From Sphingobacteriaceae bacterium (GTDB lineage: Bacteria; Bacteroidota; Bacteroidia; UBA7662): a stretch of 64,000 nt of DNA. Shown one piece after another: positions 8,861 to 17,763 of the stretch. The notes under the pieces were generated by a model, which searched no databases, was not told the DNA's origin, and worked only from the letters and a program-made list of their open reading frames with translations. The DNA lies in contig JAUXNJ010000009.1 in assembly GCA_030682795.1 (NCBI GenBank), positions 8,582 through 72,581 on the forward strand. The letters run 5' to 3'. The position numbers and the translations under genes are program-made. Positions within the stretch are counted from its first letter, which is position 1. Each line of letters starts with the position of its first letter.

Positions 8861-10294
8861 ATGTATTCAAACGACAAAAAAACCAAGATTGTGGCCACCG
8901 TTGGCCCGGCTTGTAGCGACAAAGAAGTGCTCAAACGCATGGTAAAAGCCGGCGTAAATGTATTCCGGCTAAACTTTTCACATGCAGTCTATGACGTTTT
9001 ACGTGAAGTAATTGTAAGTATTCGTGAAATCAACGAGGAAATGGGCACCAATGTGGCCATTCTCGGTGACTTGCAAGGCCCAAAAATCCGCATCGGCGAA
9101 GTTCAGAACAATGGAATAACACTCAAAACGGGTGACAGATTAAAGCTAATTACTGAAAAATGTATAGGTAATAAAGATCGCATTTACCTCAATTACCTGG
9201 AGTTTCCATTGGATGTAGAAGAAGGCGACCAAGTACTGTTAGATGACGGAAAAATCAAATTTGAAGTCATCAGCACCAATCGCCTCGACGAAGTAGAGGT
9301 TGTGGTGATCCACGGAGGACTTCTTTCTTCTAAAAAAGGTGTAAACCTGCCCAATACCAAGGTTTCGCTGCCATCACTCACCGAAAAAGACCTCGGTGAC
9401 TTGGAGTTTATCCTCGATCACGACCTCGACTGGGTGGCGCTTTCGTTTGTGCGCGAAGCCAAAGACATTGTAGAGCTTCGCGAACGTATTACGGCCCGAG
9501 GTAAAGACATTCATATCATTGCCAAAATCGAAAAACCGCAAGCCATCGACAACATCGACGGCATTATCGCCGCCACCGATGGCATCATGGTGGCCCGAGG
9601 CGACTTAGGTGTAGAATACCCCATCGAAAAGCTGCCCACCATCCAAAAGTTATTGGTGCAGAAGTGCTTGAAAGAAAGCAAACCCGTAATCATTGCCACC
9701 CAAATGATGGAAAGCATGATCACCAGCTTTATGCCTACCCGTGCTGAGGCCAACGACGTGGCCAATGCCGTGTTCGATGGCGCCGACGCACTCATGCTCA
9801 GCGGTGAAACCTCGGTTGGACAGCACCCCGTTCAGGTAATCGAATACATGGTGCGCATCATCAAAAACGTGGAAGATGAAGCCCAGCACATTTACCATCG
9901 CGACAACGAAACACCGCAAGAATCGGATGATTTCATCAGTGATTCCTTATGCTACATCGCCACACGTGCGGCCAAGTACATCAACGCCAATGCCATCATC
10001 GGCATGACTAAATCGGGCTACACAGCCTACCAAATTGCGAGCTACCGGCCAAAGGCTCCGGTATTTATTTTCACACCCGACCAAGCCCTACTAACACGCA
10101 TTAGTCTACTTTGGGGTGTAAGGGCCTTCTTTTACGACAAACTCACTACCACCGACGAAACCATTTCAGACGTCTTAAGAATGCTGAAAGAAAAGAAATT
10201 GGTGCAGAAAAACGACGTAGTAGTAAACACCGGGGTAATGCCAATAAAGAGCAAAAACCGCGCGAATTTTATGAAGTTTTCCGTGGTAGAGTAA
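8861..10294 (+). CDS. pyk: Pyruvate kinase
   Basis: 477 aa. TKIVATVGPA, NFSHA, IIAKIEKPQAIDNIDGI and MVARGDLGVE motifs. Confidence 0.95.
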   Translation: MYSNDKKTKIVATVGPACSDKEVLKRMVKAGVNVFRLNFSHAVYDVLREVIVSIREINEEMGTNVAILGDLQGPKIRIGEVQNNGITLKTGDRLKLITEKCIGNKDRIYLNYLEFPLDVEEGDQVLLDDGKIKFEVISTNRLDEVEVVVIHGGLLSSKKGVNLPNTKVSLPSLTEKDLGDLEFILDHDLDWVALSFVREAKDIVELRERITARGKDIHIIAKIEKPQAIDNIDGIIAATDGIMVARGDLGVEYPIEKLPTIQKLLVQKCLKESKPVIIATQMMESMITSFMPTRAEANDVANAVFDGADALMLSGETSVGQHPVQVIEYMVRIIKNVEDEAQHIYHRDNETPQESDDFISDSLCYIATRAAKYINANAIIGMTKSGYTAYQIASYRPKAPVFIFTPDQALLTRISLLWGVRAFFYDKLTTTDETISDVLRMLKEKKLVQKNDVVVNTGVMPIKSKNRANFMKFSVVE

Positions 10295-10321
10295 GTGCTT
10301 TCCCTCTTTTTAAAAGCAATG

Positions 10322-10355
10322 AGGCATGTTTTTAACACAGCATGCCTTTTATTTT
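10322..10355 (+). terminator. Hairpin terminator after pyk; arms overlap the convergent HAD gene end
   Basis: Stem AGGCATG/CATGCCT (10322-10328 and 10341-10347) followed by TTTTATTTT. Confidence 0.45.
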
Positions 10356-10973
10356 GGCAATGGTTTCATCCAGTGGGGCATTACTCGGGTGCAATAAAGT
10401 ATGGATGCCTTCCGCTTGGGCCCCGAGCAAATGGCCAGGCGAATCGTCTATAAAAACAGTTTCGCCAGCCGTAAAACCATGCTGTTGCAGTACATAGGTA
10501 AAGGCATCACGATTGGGTTTGCGCTTACCAATGCGTTGCGAATAATGCACTTGGTCAAAAAAATCATCCAAACGTGCCCCGGGGTGACAGCTCTCAAACT
10601 CCTGCTCCAAAGCATCCAGATGCAAATCGTTGGTATTGCTAAGCAACACCACGCGGTAGTCGCTACGCAAGGGTTGCACCAGTTCGAGCTGCGGCAGCTG
10701 TACTTGGCCTAAAATGGCGTTCCAAGCCTCTGCGTAAAAATCAGGGGAGCATTTAGGACTCAGCGCTTGTTGCATCTGCGCCAAAAAAGCACTTGTTGAG
10801 ATGCTGCCCACTTCATAACCATCGAAAAAACCTTGGTGCTGCAGTTCTTGAAGTGCATTCAAAGCAGGAGCACCCAGTTTTTCAGCTATGCGATCTGGAA
10901 AGCGCTGCATGTACACATCTATAAAGAGTCCCCCCAAGTCGAAAATGATGTTTTTAATTTTAGTCATGGCCAT
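10332..10973 (-). CDS. HAD-superfamily hydrolase
   Basis: HAD motif I, IIFDLGG, follows the internal start MAMTKIKN (ATG at 10973). LLSNTN and FIDD motifs are present. The track ORF extends to 11027, but the upstream 18 codons look non-coding. Confidence 0.8.
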   Translation of the reverse strand: MAMTKIKNIIFDLGGLFIDVYMQRFPDRIAEKLGAPALNALQELQHQGFFDGYEVGSISTSAFLAQMQQALSPKCSPDFYAEAWNAILGQVQLPQLELVQPLRSDYRVVLLSNTNDLHLDALEQEFESCHPGARLDDFFDQVHYSQRIGKRKPNRDAFTYVLQQHGFTAGETVFIDDSPGHLLGAQAEGIHTLLHPSNAPLDETIAKIKGMLC

Positions 10974-11041
10974 TGATCTGCACCGCAAATCACGGAAAAA
11001 GCCCGAGCTTTGGTAAGCTTTTTTCAACGCAAAATCGAAAA

Positions 11042-11506
11042 ATGGACCAGCACGACCCCAAGTCAGACGAACAAACTTCAGCCGAAGGCATCACCCCCAA
11101 AGTGACAGGTCTTGGTGGTATCTTCTTTTTTTGCGAGGACACCGAAAAAACGAAGGCTTGGTATGCCGAAAACCTGGGCCTCGAAGTCAATCAATGGGGA
11201 TCGAGCTTCGAGTTCCGCAACGCCCATAAGCCCGAAGAAATTAATTATCTGCAGTGGAGTCCGTATAAAAACACCAGCACCCACTTCCATCCTTCCCAAA
11301 AGGAATTTATGATCAATTACCGGGTGCAAAACATCGAAGGCTTGGTAGCCAAGTTGCGCGCCAATGGCGTTACTATTTTAGACGACATTGAAACCTACGA
11401 CTACGGCAAATTTGTGCACATCATGGATGCCGATGACCAAAAAATAGAGCTTTGGGAGCCCGTGGATAGTGTTTTTACGGCCATGGGGCTGAAAACGACG
11501 AAATGA
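11042..11506 (+). CDS. VOC (glyoxalase/bleomycin-resistance) family protein
   Basis: GLGGIFFFCEDTEKTKAWYAENLGL and FVHIMDADDQKIELWEP are typical VOC beta-alpha-beta-beta-beta modules. Start trimmed to the ATG at 11042. Confidence 0.7.
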   Translation: MDQHDPKSDEQTSAEGITPKVTGLGGIFFFCEDTEKTKAWYAENLGLEVNQWGSSFEFRNAHKPEEINYLQWSPYKNTSTHFHPSQKEFMINYRVQNIEGLVAKLRANGVTILDDIETYDYGKFVHIMDADDQKIELWEPVDSVFTAMGLKTTK

Positions 11507-11533
11507 CTACTGGAGTGCAATTTGTATGCAAAT

Positions 11534-11569
11534 AAAAAAGGGGTTACATTCTTAACTGAACGTAACCCC
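11534..11569 (-). terminator. Hairpin terminator downstream of the CAT-anticodon tRNA (possibly bidirectional, also closing the VOC gene)
   Basis: Stem GGGGTTAC/GTAACCCC (11540-11547 and 11562-11569). The minus strand continues with T6 (plus-strand A-run 11534-11539). Confidence 0.55.
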
Positions 11570-11582
11570 TTTACATTGAGGG

Positions 11583-11656
11583 TGGGCCCTGCTGGGCTCG
11601 AACCAGCGACCCTCTGATTATGAGTCAGATGCTCTAACCAGCTGAGCTAAGGGCCC
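11583..11656 (-). tRNA. tRNA with CAT anticodon: elongator Met or lysidine-type Ile2
   Basis: Reverse complement is GGGCCCTTAGCTCAGCTGGTTAGAGCATCTGACTCATAATCAGAGGGTCGCTGGTTCGAGCCCAGCAGGGCCCA. It folds as a cloverleaf with anticodon loop CTCATAA. It is not an initiator: G1 is paired and the anticodon stem lacks the three G-C pairs. Confidence 0.9.
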
Positions 11657-11668
11657 TCAAGGGGATGG

Positions 11669-11676
11669 CAAAAGTA
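11669..11676 (-). promoter_or_regulatory. Candidate -7 box (TACTTTTG) for the tRNA
   Basis: TAnnTTTG on the minus strand, 12 nt upstream of the mature tRNA 5' end. Confidence 0.4.
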
Positions 11677-11687
11677 GCTAATGCCAA

Positions 11688-11729
11688 CAGATTTTGCAAT
11701 GAAGATTTTTTACCGCTTGCAAAATTCTG
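11688..11729 (-). terminator. Terminator-like hairpin after the uxs-upxY operon (no strong U-tract)
   Basis: 9-bp perfect inverted repeat ATTTTGCAA/TTGCAAAAT (11691-11699 and 11717-11725) with a 17-nt loop, between the UpxY stop and the tRNA promoter. Confidence 0.3.
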
Positions 11730-11743
11730 TAATTAACGCTGAC

Positions 11744-12268
11744 CTACACCAGCAACAAGTTTTCGATTGGCACAGTGATGAAGAGCGATTGCTGCAAAAT
11801 CTCTAAGTCAACACGCACTTTTTTATCGCCAGCCTTTTCCACCAATACACCCTGCCTTCCTGCCATCGGCCCAGTGCGTATCTCCACCCGGTCACCAGGT
11901 TTTAAATCTAAATCATCACTCTGTACTTCATAGCCCGTATCAAAAATGCGGCGTAAAAAGTCCATTTGATCTTCTGGGATTTCTACCGCCTTCCGCTCAA
12001 AGCTCACAAATCGCACAATGCCGTAAGTATTTAAGGTGGCAAAGTACTCAGCTTCGGAGATATGCACAAAAAGGTAGGACTTAAACACCGGCTCCTCGAC
12101 CCACTTCACCCGGTCGCTCCACTGCTTGCGTAGGCGCTGCATCGGCAACCAATTCTCTATGCCCTGCTGGTCGAGATAGTGCTTCGCCTTTTTTTCATAA
12201 CGAGGCTTGGTGTATGCTGCGTACCACTTTTTCATCGGCAAAGCTAAGTCCTTGATGGGGAAGGGCAT
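11744..12268 (-). CDS. UpxY-family (NusG/RfaH-like) transcription antiterminator
   Basis: KKWYAAYTKPRYEKKAKHYLDQQGIENWLPMQ is the NGN domain. GDRVEIRTGPMAGRQGVLV is the KOW motif. The ATG overlaps the uxs stop (TAATG); an alternative start MKKWY lies at 12235. Confidence 0.8.
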   Translation of the reverse strand: MPFPIKDLALPMKKWYAAYTKPRYEKKAKHYLDQQGIENWLPMQRLRKQWSDRVKWVEEPVFKSYLFVHISEAEYFATLNTYGIVRFVSFERKAVEIPEDQMDFLRRIFDTGYEVQSDDLDLKPGDRVEIRTGPMAGRQGVLVEKAGDKKVRVDLEILQQSLFITVPIENLLLV

Positions 12269-13251
12269 TAGTGGGGACGAGGAAAATCACGGCCATGCGC
12301 TTCTTTGTAAAGCTCTTCTTCGGGCAGCGATTTAAAATATTCATAAGTGATGCGTAAACCTTCGGCCCGATCCACTTTCGGCTCCCAGCCTAACAGCTTT
12401 CTAGCCAAGCTAATGTCAGGCTGTCGTTGCTTCGGATCGTCCTTAGGCAAGTCTTTGTACACTATTTTCTGATTGGTGCCCGTGAGCTTAATGATCTCCT
12501 CGGCAAATTCTTTGATGGTAATTTCAACAGGATTGCCAATATTCACTGGTCCTGCATAATCGCTCTTCAGCAAACGATAAATACCTTCCACCAAATCATC
12601 TACATAACAAAACGAACGGGTTTGAGAGCCATCCCCAAAAACGGTAAGGTCTTCACCCCGCAAGGCCTGCCCGATAAAGGCTGGTAATGCACGGCCATCG
12701 TTGAGGCGCATGCGCGGTCCGTAGGTATTAAAGATGCGGATGATGCGGGTTTCTACCCCGTGATACGTATGGTAGGCCATGGTAATGGCTTCTTGAAAAC
12801 GCTTGGCTTCATCGTACACCCCGCGTGGACCTACCGGGTTTACGTTGCCCCAATATTCCTCGGTTTGTGGATGCACCATCGGGTCGCCGTACACTTCTGA
12901 AGTAGAAGCCACCAAAATGCGCGCTTTTTTGTCCTTGGCCAAGCCCAACAAATTGTGCGTGCCTAAAGAGCCTACTTTGAGGGTTTGGATGGGGATTTTG
13001 AGGTAGTCGATCGGACTTGCCGGAGAGGCAAAATGCAGAATTTCGTCGAGCTCGCCCGCCACATGCACGTATTTACTTACGTCGTGGTGGTAAAACTCGA
13101 AATTCGGCAGCTGCATCAAATGCTCAATGTTGCGCATATCGCCAGTAATTAGGTTGTCCATCCCAATTACCTCATAACCCTCTTTGATGAAGCGATCGCA
13201 AAGATGTGACCCGAGAAAACCGGCCGCACCAGTAATTAAAATCCGTGGCAT
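12268..13251 (-). CDS. UDP-glucuronate decarboxylase (UDP-xylose synthase), SDR family
   Basis: [17 protein letters not shown] Rossmann motif, YDEAKR catalytic motif and 327-aa length are typical of UXS-type enzymes. Confidence 0.85.
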   Translation of the reverse strand: MPRILITGAAGFLGSHLCDRFIKEGYEVIGMDNLITGDMRNIEHLMQLPNFEFYHHDVSKYVHVAGELDEILHFASPASPIDYLKIPIQTLKVGSLGTHNLLGLAKDKKARILVASTSEVYGDPMVHPQTEEYWGNVNPVGPRGVYDEAKRFQEAITMAYHTYHGVETRIIRIFNTYGPRMRLNDGRALPAFIGQALRGEDLTVFGDGSQTRSFCYVDDLVEGIYRLLKSDYAGPVNIGNPVEITIKEFAEEIIKLTGTNQKIVYKDLPKDDPKQRQPDISLARKLLGWEPKVDRAEGLRITYEYFKSLPEEELYKEAHGRDFPRPH

Positions 13252-13267
13252 AAGTAAAATTGTGCTT

Positions 13268-13275
13268 CAAAGATA
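13268..13275 (-). promoter_or_regulatory. Candidate -7 box (TATCTTTG)
   Basis: TAnnTTTG on the minus strand, 16 nt upstream of the uxs ATG at 13251. Confidence 0.35.
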
Positions 13276-13309
13276 GCCAATCCCGCCAAAATGCAGCGTG
13301 CGACTTAGG

Positions 13310-14386
13310 CTACAGCTCAATGTATTGTACGGCAGTATTATGTGGCCGAAAAATGGCCTCTACTCGCTTTTTATCTGTATCGGTTAAAAAAATCTGTCCA
13401 AAGCGCTCCTCCTGCACCAGCCGCAACAAACTGCTAACCCGCTGTCCGTCGAGTTTTTCAAAGATGTCGTCGAGGAGTAAAAAGGGCTTTTTGCCCATTA
13501 CTTCGCTCAAGTAAATGCTTTGGGCGAGCTTTAGACTGATTAAAAACGACTTCTGCTGTCCTTGCGACCCAAAGCGTTTTACAGGATGGCCGTTGATGGT
13601 AAACAACAAATCGTCGCGGTGGATGCCTACGCTGCAACGCCCGCTGGCGAGGTCATCTTTGCCCGCCTGTTGCATGGCCAAAGCTGGCTCCAATGCATTA
13701 AAACTGCTTTCGTAACGGATGCCCACCTGCTCCCTATCTCCCGAAATACTGCGGTAGAGGGCTTCAAAAAGGGGATTATACTGGTCAAGCCAAGCCACCC
13801 GCTTGCTATACAACTCCACATTCAAGGGCAACAACTGCATGTCTAATACATCCAACAATGTAATGTCTACCCGTCCTTCTTGCTTGTACTGCCGCAACAA
13901 AGCTTGTTTTTGCTGCAAAATTTTATTGTAGCGCATCAAGGCCAATAAATAAGCATGGTCGGTCTGCGACAACAGCATATCGGCAAACCGCCGGCGGGCT
14001 TCGCTGCCTTCATAAATGAGGTCCAAATCGGTAGGCGCAATCATCACCACGGGAAACAAACCGATGTGATCGGCCAGACGATCGTACACCACCCCATTTT
14101 TGCGCAATACCTTTTTACCCCCCTGCCAGGCACAAAAAAGCTTGTTTTCGGCCTCCTCTTCCATGATCTGCGCTTGCAGGTTGAAAAAATCTTCCCCAAA
14201 ACGCACCAGCTGCTGGTCTTGTTGGTTGAAATAGCTGCGCGTCAAACACATATAATGAATGGCATCTAAAATGTTGGTTTTACCAGTGCCATTGGCACCC
14301 GTAATGCTCACCACATCGGCTTCAAAATGCCAGTCTTGCCGCTCGGCAACACGATAATTCATCAAACTCAGGGACTTCAGCTTCAT
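13310..14386 (-). CDS. recF: DNA replication and repair protein RecF
   Basis: ITGANGTGKTNILDAIHYMC Walker A, SQGQQKSFLISLKLAQ signature and LLLDDIFEKLD Walker B. Confidence 0.95.
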   Translation of the reverse strand: MKLKSLSLMNYRVAERQDWHFEADVVSITGANGTGKTNILDAIHYMCLTRSYFNQQDQQLVRFGEDFFNLQAQIMEEEAENKLFCAWQGGKKVLRKNGVVYDRLADHIGLFPVVMIAPTDLDLIYEGSEARRRFADMLLSQTDHAYLLALMRYNKILQQKQALLRQYKQEGRVDITLLDVLDMQLLPLNVELYSKRVAWLDQYNPLFEALYRSISGDREQVGIRYESSFNALEPALAMQQAGKDDLASGRCSVGIHRDDLLFTINGHPVKRFGSQGQQKSFLISLKLAQSIYLSEVMGKKPFLLLDDIFEKLDGQRVSSLLRLVQEERFGQIFLTDTDKKRVEAIFRPHNTAVQYIEL

Positions 14387-14448
14387 CTAATCTTGCTCGG
14401 ATAATAAAATAGGCCGTATATTAGCGGCTCGTTTTCGAATTCAAATAC

Positions 14449-15444
14449 ATGGCAAAGGCGAAAGTTACAAAAGAAACCTACCTTAAGTGGTATGAAAGCA
14501 TGCAGTTGATCCGCCGTTTTGAAGAAAAATGTGCGCAACTGTACGGACAGCAAAAAATCAAAGGATTTTTGCATCTCTATATAGGCCAAGAGGCCATCGT
14601 GGCAGGCACCTACTCGGTGATCACGCCCGAAGATTCGGTGATTACCGCCTATCGTGACCACGGTCATGCCCTAGCATCAGGTATGTCGGCCGACTCGGTG
14701 ATGGCTGAAATGTACGGCAAAATCACCGGTTGCTCGAAAGGCAAAGGCGGTTCAATGCACATGTTTAGTGCAGAGCACCGCAATTTTGGTGGACATGGTA
14801 TTGTAGGCGGACAAATTCCCCTCGGCGCAGGCATTGCCTTCGCGGAAAAATACAACGGCACCAAAAACGTCAACATCTGCTATATGGGTGATGGAGCGGT
14901 ACGTCAAGGCGCCCTGCACGAAACCTTTAACATGGCCATGTTGTGGAAACTCCCAGTGGTATTTGTGGTAGAAAATAACTTTTACGCCATGGGTACTTCT
15001 TTGGAGCGCACTACCAACTTACGCGATATATACAAGATGGGCTTGGCTTACGACATGCCTTCGAAATGGGTAGACGGCATGAGCTGCGAGGCCGTGCACG
15101 AAGCCATGGAAGAAGCCGTTGAACGCGCCCGTAAAGGCGACGGCCCTACCTTCTTGGAAGTTCGCACCTACCGTTTCCGCGGCCACTCCATGAGCGACCC
15201 TGCGAAATACCGTACCAAAGAAGAGTTGGAAGATTACCGCGCACAAGACCCAATTGTGGTTACCCGTGCTACCATCCTCAAAAAGAAATACGCCACCGAA
15301 GCCGAGCTCGACGCCATCGATGAAAAAATCGAAGAAGTAGTGAAGGCTTCTGTGGAATTTGCAGAAAACAGTCCTGTACCCGACGAGTCGGAGCTCTACA
15401 CCGATGTGTATTTGCAGGAGGACTATCCATTTATCATGGACTAA
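14449..15444 (+). CDS. pdhA: Pyruvate dehydrogenase E1 component, alpha subunit
   Basis: 331 aa. GFLHLYIGQEA, the TPP-binding GDGAVRQGALHETFNMA, and YRFRGHSMSDP motifs. Confidence 0.9.
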   Translation: MAKAKVTKETYLKWYESMQLIRRFEEKCAQLYGQQKIKGFLHLYIGQEAIVAGTYSVITPEDSVITAYRDHGHALASGMSADSVMAEMYGKITGCSKGKGGSMHMFSAEHRNFGGHGIVGGQIPLGAGIAFAEKYNGTKNVNICYMGDGAVRQGALHETFNMAMLWKLPVVFVVENNFYAMGTSLERTTNLRDIYKMGLAYDMPSKWVDGMSCEAVHEAMEEAVERARKGDGPTFLEVRTYRFRGHSMSDPAKYRTKEELEDYRAQDPIVVTRATILKKKYATEAELDAIDEKIEEVVKASVEFAENSPVPDESELYTDVYLQEDYPFIMD

Positions 15445-15478
15445 TTTATTGGCTTACTAACCTATTTATAGCAACACA

Positions 15479-16180
15479 ATGGCAAAGCAAGATCAAGGAT
15501 CAGAGAATCCTTTTGATTTCGGACTCGAGAATCTCGATATCCAAGATACCATCAGCAAGTCTGAGCGGTTTTTAGAAAAATACAAGCAACTTTTGATCGG
15601 AGGCGTGAGTGGTTTAATCGTTTTGATTGGCCTCATTTATTACGTCAATGCTGTTTACTTGCCCAACCAGCAAGAAGAGGCTCAAAACCTGATGTATGTA
15701 GCCGAGCGCTATTTTGAAAACGATAGTCTGAGTTTGGCGGTGAATGGCGATGGCAATTTCCCTGGATTCGAAGAAATTGCCGATGATTACGGCTGGACGC
15801 GCGCAGGGAAATTAGCGCATTATTATGCAGGCATCAGTTATTTACGGATGGAGCAATTTGAGGATGCGATCAAACACCTTAAAAAATTTAGCACCAACGA
15901 ACCCATCATTGGCAGTATTGCCTTGGGAGCCACTGGCGATGCTTATTTAGAATTGGGACAGCAAGAAAAAGCTTTGGATTACTATCTTAAGGCAGCTTCA
16001 AAAGAAGAAAACGACTTTACTACTCCTGTGTATCTGATGCGTGCCGGTGAATTGGCAGAATCGTTGGGTAACAAGAAAAAAGCACTCGAGTTGTACGAGC
16101 AAATTTTAGCCGACTACAAAAGCACCACCGAAGGCCAAGCCGTTGAAAAATACATTGCCCGTTTGAACGCGAGCAAATAA
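15479..16180 (+). CDS. Membrane-anchored tetratricopeptide-repeat protein (YfgM-like)
   Basis: One TM helix (LLIGGVSGLIVLIGLIYYV) followed by TPR-like repeats. It lies directly upstream of ribH. Confidence 0.65.
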   Translation: MAKQDQGSENPFDFGLENLDIQDTISKSERFLEKYKQLLIGGVSGLIVLIGLIYYVNAVYLPNQQEEAQNLMYVAERYFENDSLSLAVNGDGNFPGFEEIADDYGWTRAGKLAHYYAGISYLRMEQFEDAIKHLKKFSTNEPIIGSIALGATGDAYLELGQQEKALDYYLKAASKEENDFTTPVYLMRAGELAESLGNKKKALELYEQILADYKSTTEGQAVEKYIARLNASK

Positions 16181-16182
16181 GC

Positions 16183-16671
16183 ATGGCAACTGCCCTCAAA
16201 AATTTATCGGAATACGAGGCTTTCGAGCTCAAAAATGCGGCTAAATACCGCATTGGCATTGTTACTGCCGAATGGAATGAGCACATCACCAGTGCCCTTG
16301 AACAAGGGGCATTGGAGGTGTTGCGCCAGCAAGGCATCGAGGCTAAGAACGTAAAAGCTGTAAGCGTGCCTGGCAGCTATGAACTGCCTTTGGCAGCACA
16401 ATGGCTCCATAAAGAGTTTAAAGCCGACGCGGTTATCGCCATCGGTTGTTTGATCAAAGGCGAAACTCCCCATTTTGAATACATCAGCGATTCGGTAGCC
16501 CATGGCCTCATGGAGCTCAACCTGAAGCACAACATTCCATTTGCATTTGGGGTGATTACCGTGCTCACCGAGCAGCAGGCGCTCGACCGGGCCGGTGGCA
16601 TCCACGGCAACAAAGGCACCGAAGCCGCCGTCACTGTATTGCGCATGTTACAATTAAAAGAAGGTCTGTAA
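16183..16671 (+). CDS. ribH: 6,7-dimethyl-8-ribityllumazine synthase
   Basis: 162 aa. RIGIVTAEWNEHIT, VPGSYELP and HFEYISD motifs. Confidence 0.95.
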   Translation: MATALKNLSEYEAFELKNAAKYRIGIVTAEWNEHITSALEQGALEVLRQQGIEAKNVKAVSVPGSYELPLAAQWLHKEFKADAVIAIGCLIKGETPHFEYISDSVAHGLMELNLKHNIPFAFGVITVLTEQQALDRAGGIHGNKGTEAAVTVLRMLQLKEGL

Positions 16672-16687
16672 AGCAGGCCTTTTTTTA
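16662..16687 (+). terminator. Rho-independent terminator after ribH
   Basis: Stem AGGTCTG/CAGGCCT (one G-T pair) spanning the stop codon, followed by T7 (16681-16687). Confidence 0.6.
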
Positions 16688-16707
16688 TGCCCAAAACTGA
16701 CCTTAGT

Positions 16708-16737
16708 TTTGTGCTTAACACGTATTCATTATATTTG
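16708..16737 (+). promoter_or_regulatory. Candidate Bacteroidota promoter: TTTG-N18-TATATTTG
   Basis: -33-like TTTG at 16708-16711 and -7 box at 16730-16737, 32 nt upstream of the ATG at 16770. Confidence 0.45.
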
Positions 16738-16769
16738 ACCTAGGCCAGCGCTAAACCGGCTCATTAACT

Positions 16770-17282
16770 ATGAAAAAAACATATTTTGCCTACGTCCTGC
16801 TGTTGCTTGTAGCCGCAGCCTGCGGCGGCCCTACCGAGTCGGTTGAACGCCAAACCGATACCCTTCTGCTCACCGCTGAAGGCCCCTTGTACGACGGCTC
16901 CAATACCGCTACCTACACCTGGCCAGTAGATTTGAATACCCTCTTAGGAGAAGGTTACACTGCCGCTGACATCGCCAAAGCCCGCATCACCGGCATACGC
17001 ATCACAGCCGTAAACCCTGATAATTTGAGCCTGATTAACGACATCACCTTCCAGCTGGCAGGTAGTGGCGTAGCCATGCAAAAAGTTGGGTTTCTGAATC
17101 CTTTGCCAGCTAATGCAAACAGCGTTGATTTGGTATTGGCTGACGAACAAAAAGGACTCGAAGCCTTCTTTGGCTTGAAAGAAATCACCCTCGTGGCGGA
17201 TCTGAATTTAATCCAAGAATTTGAGGACAACCTTGAATTACATGCACAATTGACCTTTAATTTCGACCTAAAATCTAAATAA
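16770..17282 (+). CDS. Hypothetical lipoprotein
   Basis: Signal peptide with a lipobox (LLLLVAAACGG). 170 aa. No family recognised. Confidence 0.6.
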   Translation: MKKTYFAYVLLLLVAAACGGPTESVERQTDTLLLTAEGPLYDGSNTATYTWPVDLNTLLGEGYTAADIAKARITGIRITAVNPDNLSLINDITFQLAGSGVAMQKVGFLNPLPANANSVDLVLADEQKGLEAFFGLKEITLVADLNLIQEFEDNLELHAQLTFNFDLKSK

Positions 17283-17290
17283 TACGCTTT

Positions 17291-17758
17291 ATGAAAAAGA
17301 CCTTCGCCTTATTGCTCGCGCTTACTTTTGCGCTTTTTGCCCAAACCGATTCTATACACTCTCAAGATGCTGAAGCAGATTTGCTGGTAGGCGTATGGGA
17401 GCCTTCCCACGGTAGAGCCCGCGTTAAAATCGATAAGATTGCAGATAAATACTATGGCAAAATTGTATGGCTCAAAGAGCCGAATGACCCAGAAAAAGGT
17501 ACGCCGAAAGTCGATAAAAACAATCCCGACGAATCGATGCGTGAAGTAGCCCTCAAAGGATATCGCATCCTCAAGGACTTCACCTACAAAGGCAAGCGCG
17601 AGTGGGCCGATGGCACCATTTACGACCCTGAAAACGGCAATACCTACAGCTGCGTAATCAAGGCCACCGACGACAATACCCTCGATATCCGCGGCTACAT
17701 TGGTGTAAAAACCTTCGGCCGGACCGACGTTTGGAAGCGCGTGGCTGTTAAGAAATAA
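17291..17758 (+). CDS. DUF2147 domain protein
   Basis: Signal peptide, then LVGVWEP...YYGKIVWLKEPNDP...DKNNPD...GTIYDPENGNTYSCVIK...LDIRGYIG, the characteristic DUF2147 pattern. Confidence 0.75.
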   Translation: MKKTFALLLALTFALFAQTDSIHSQDAEADLLVGVWEPSHGRARVKIDKIADKYYGKIVWLKEPNDPEKGTPKVDKNNPDESMREVALKGYRILKDFTYKGKREWADGTIYDPENGNTYSCVIKATDDNTLDIRGYIGVKTFGRTDVWKRVAVKK

Positions 17759-17763
17759 ACAAA

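Noticed and set aside
11507-11743. Possible genomic-island integration at the two tRNA genes (also 28115-28346)
   Set aside because: No integrase, excisionase or direct repeat of a tRNA 3' end was seen near either tRNA. The flanking genes are housekeeping.
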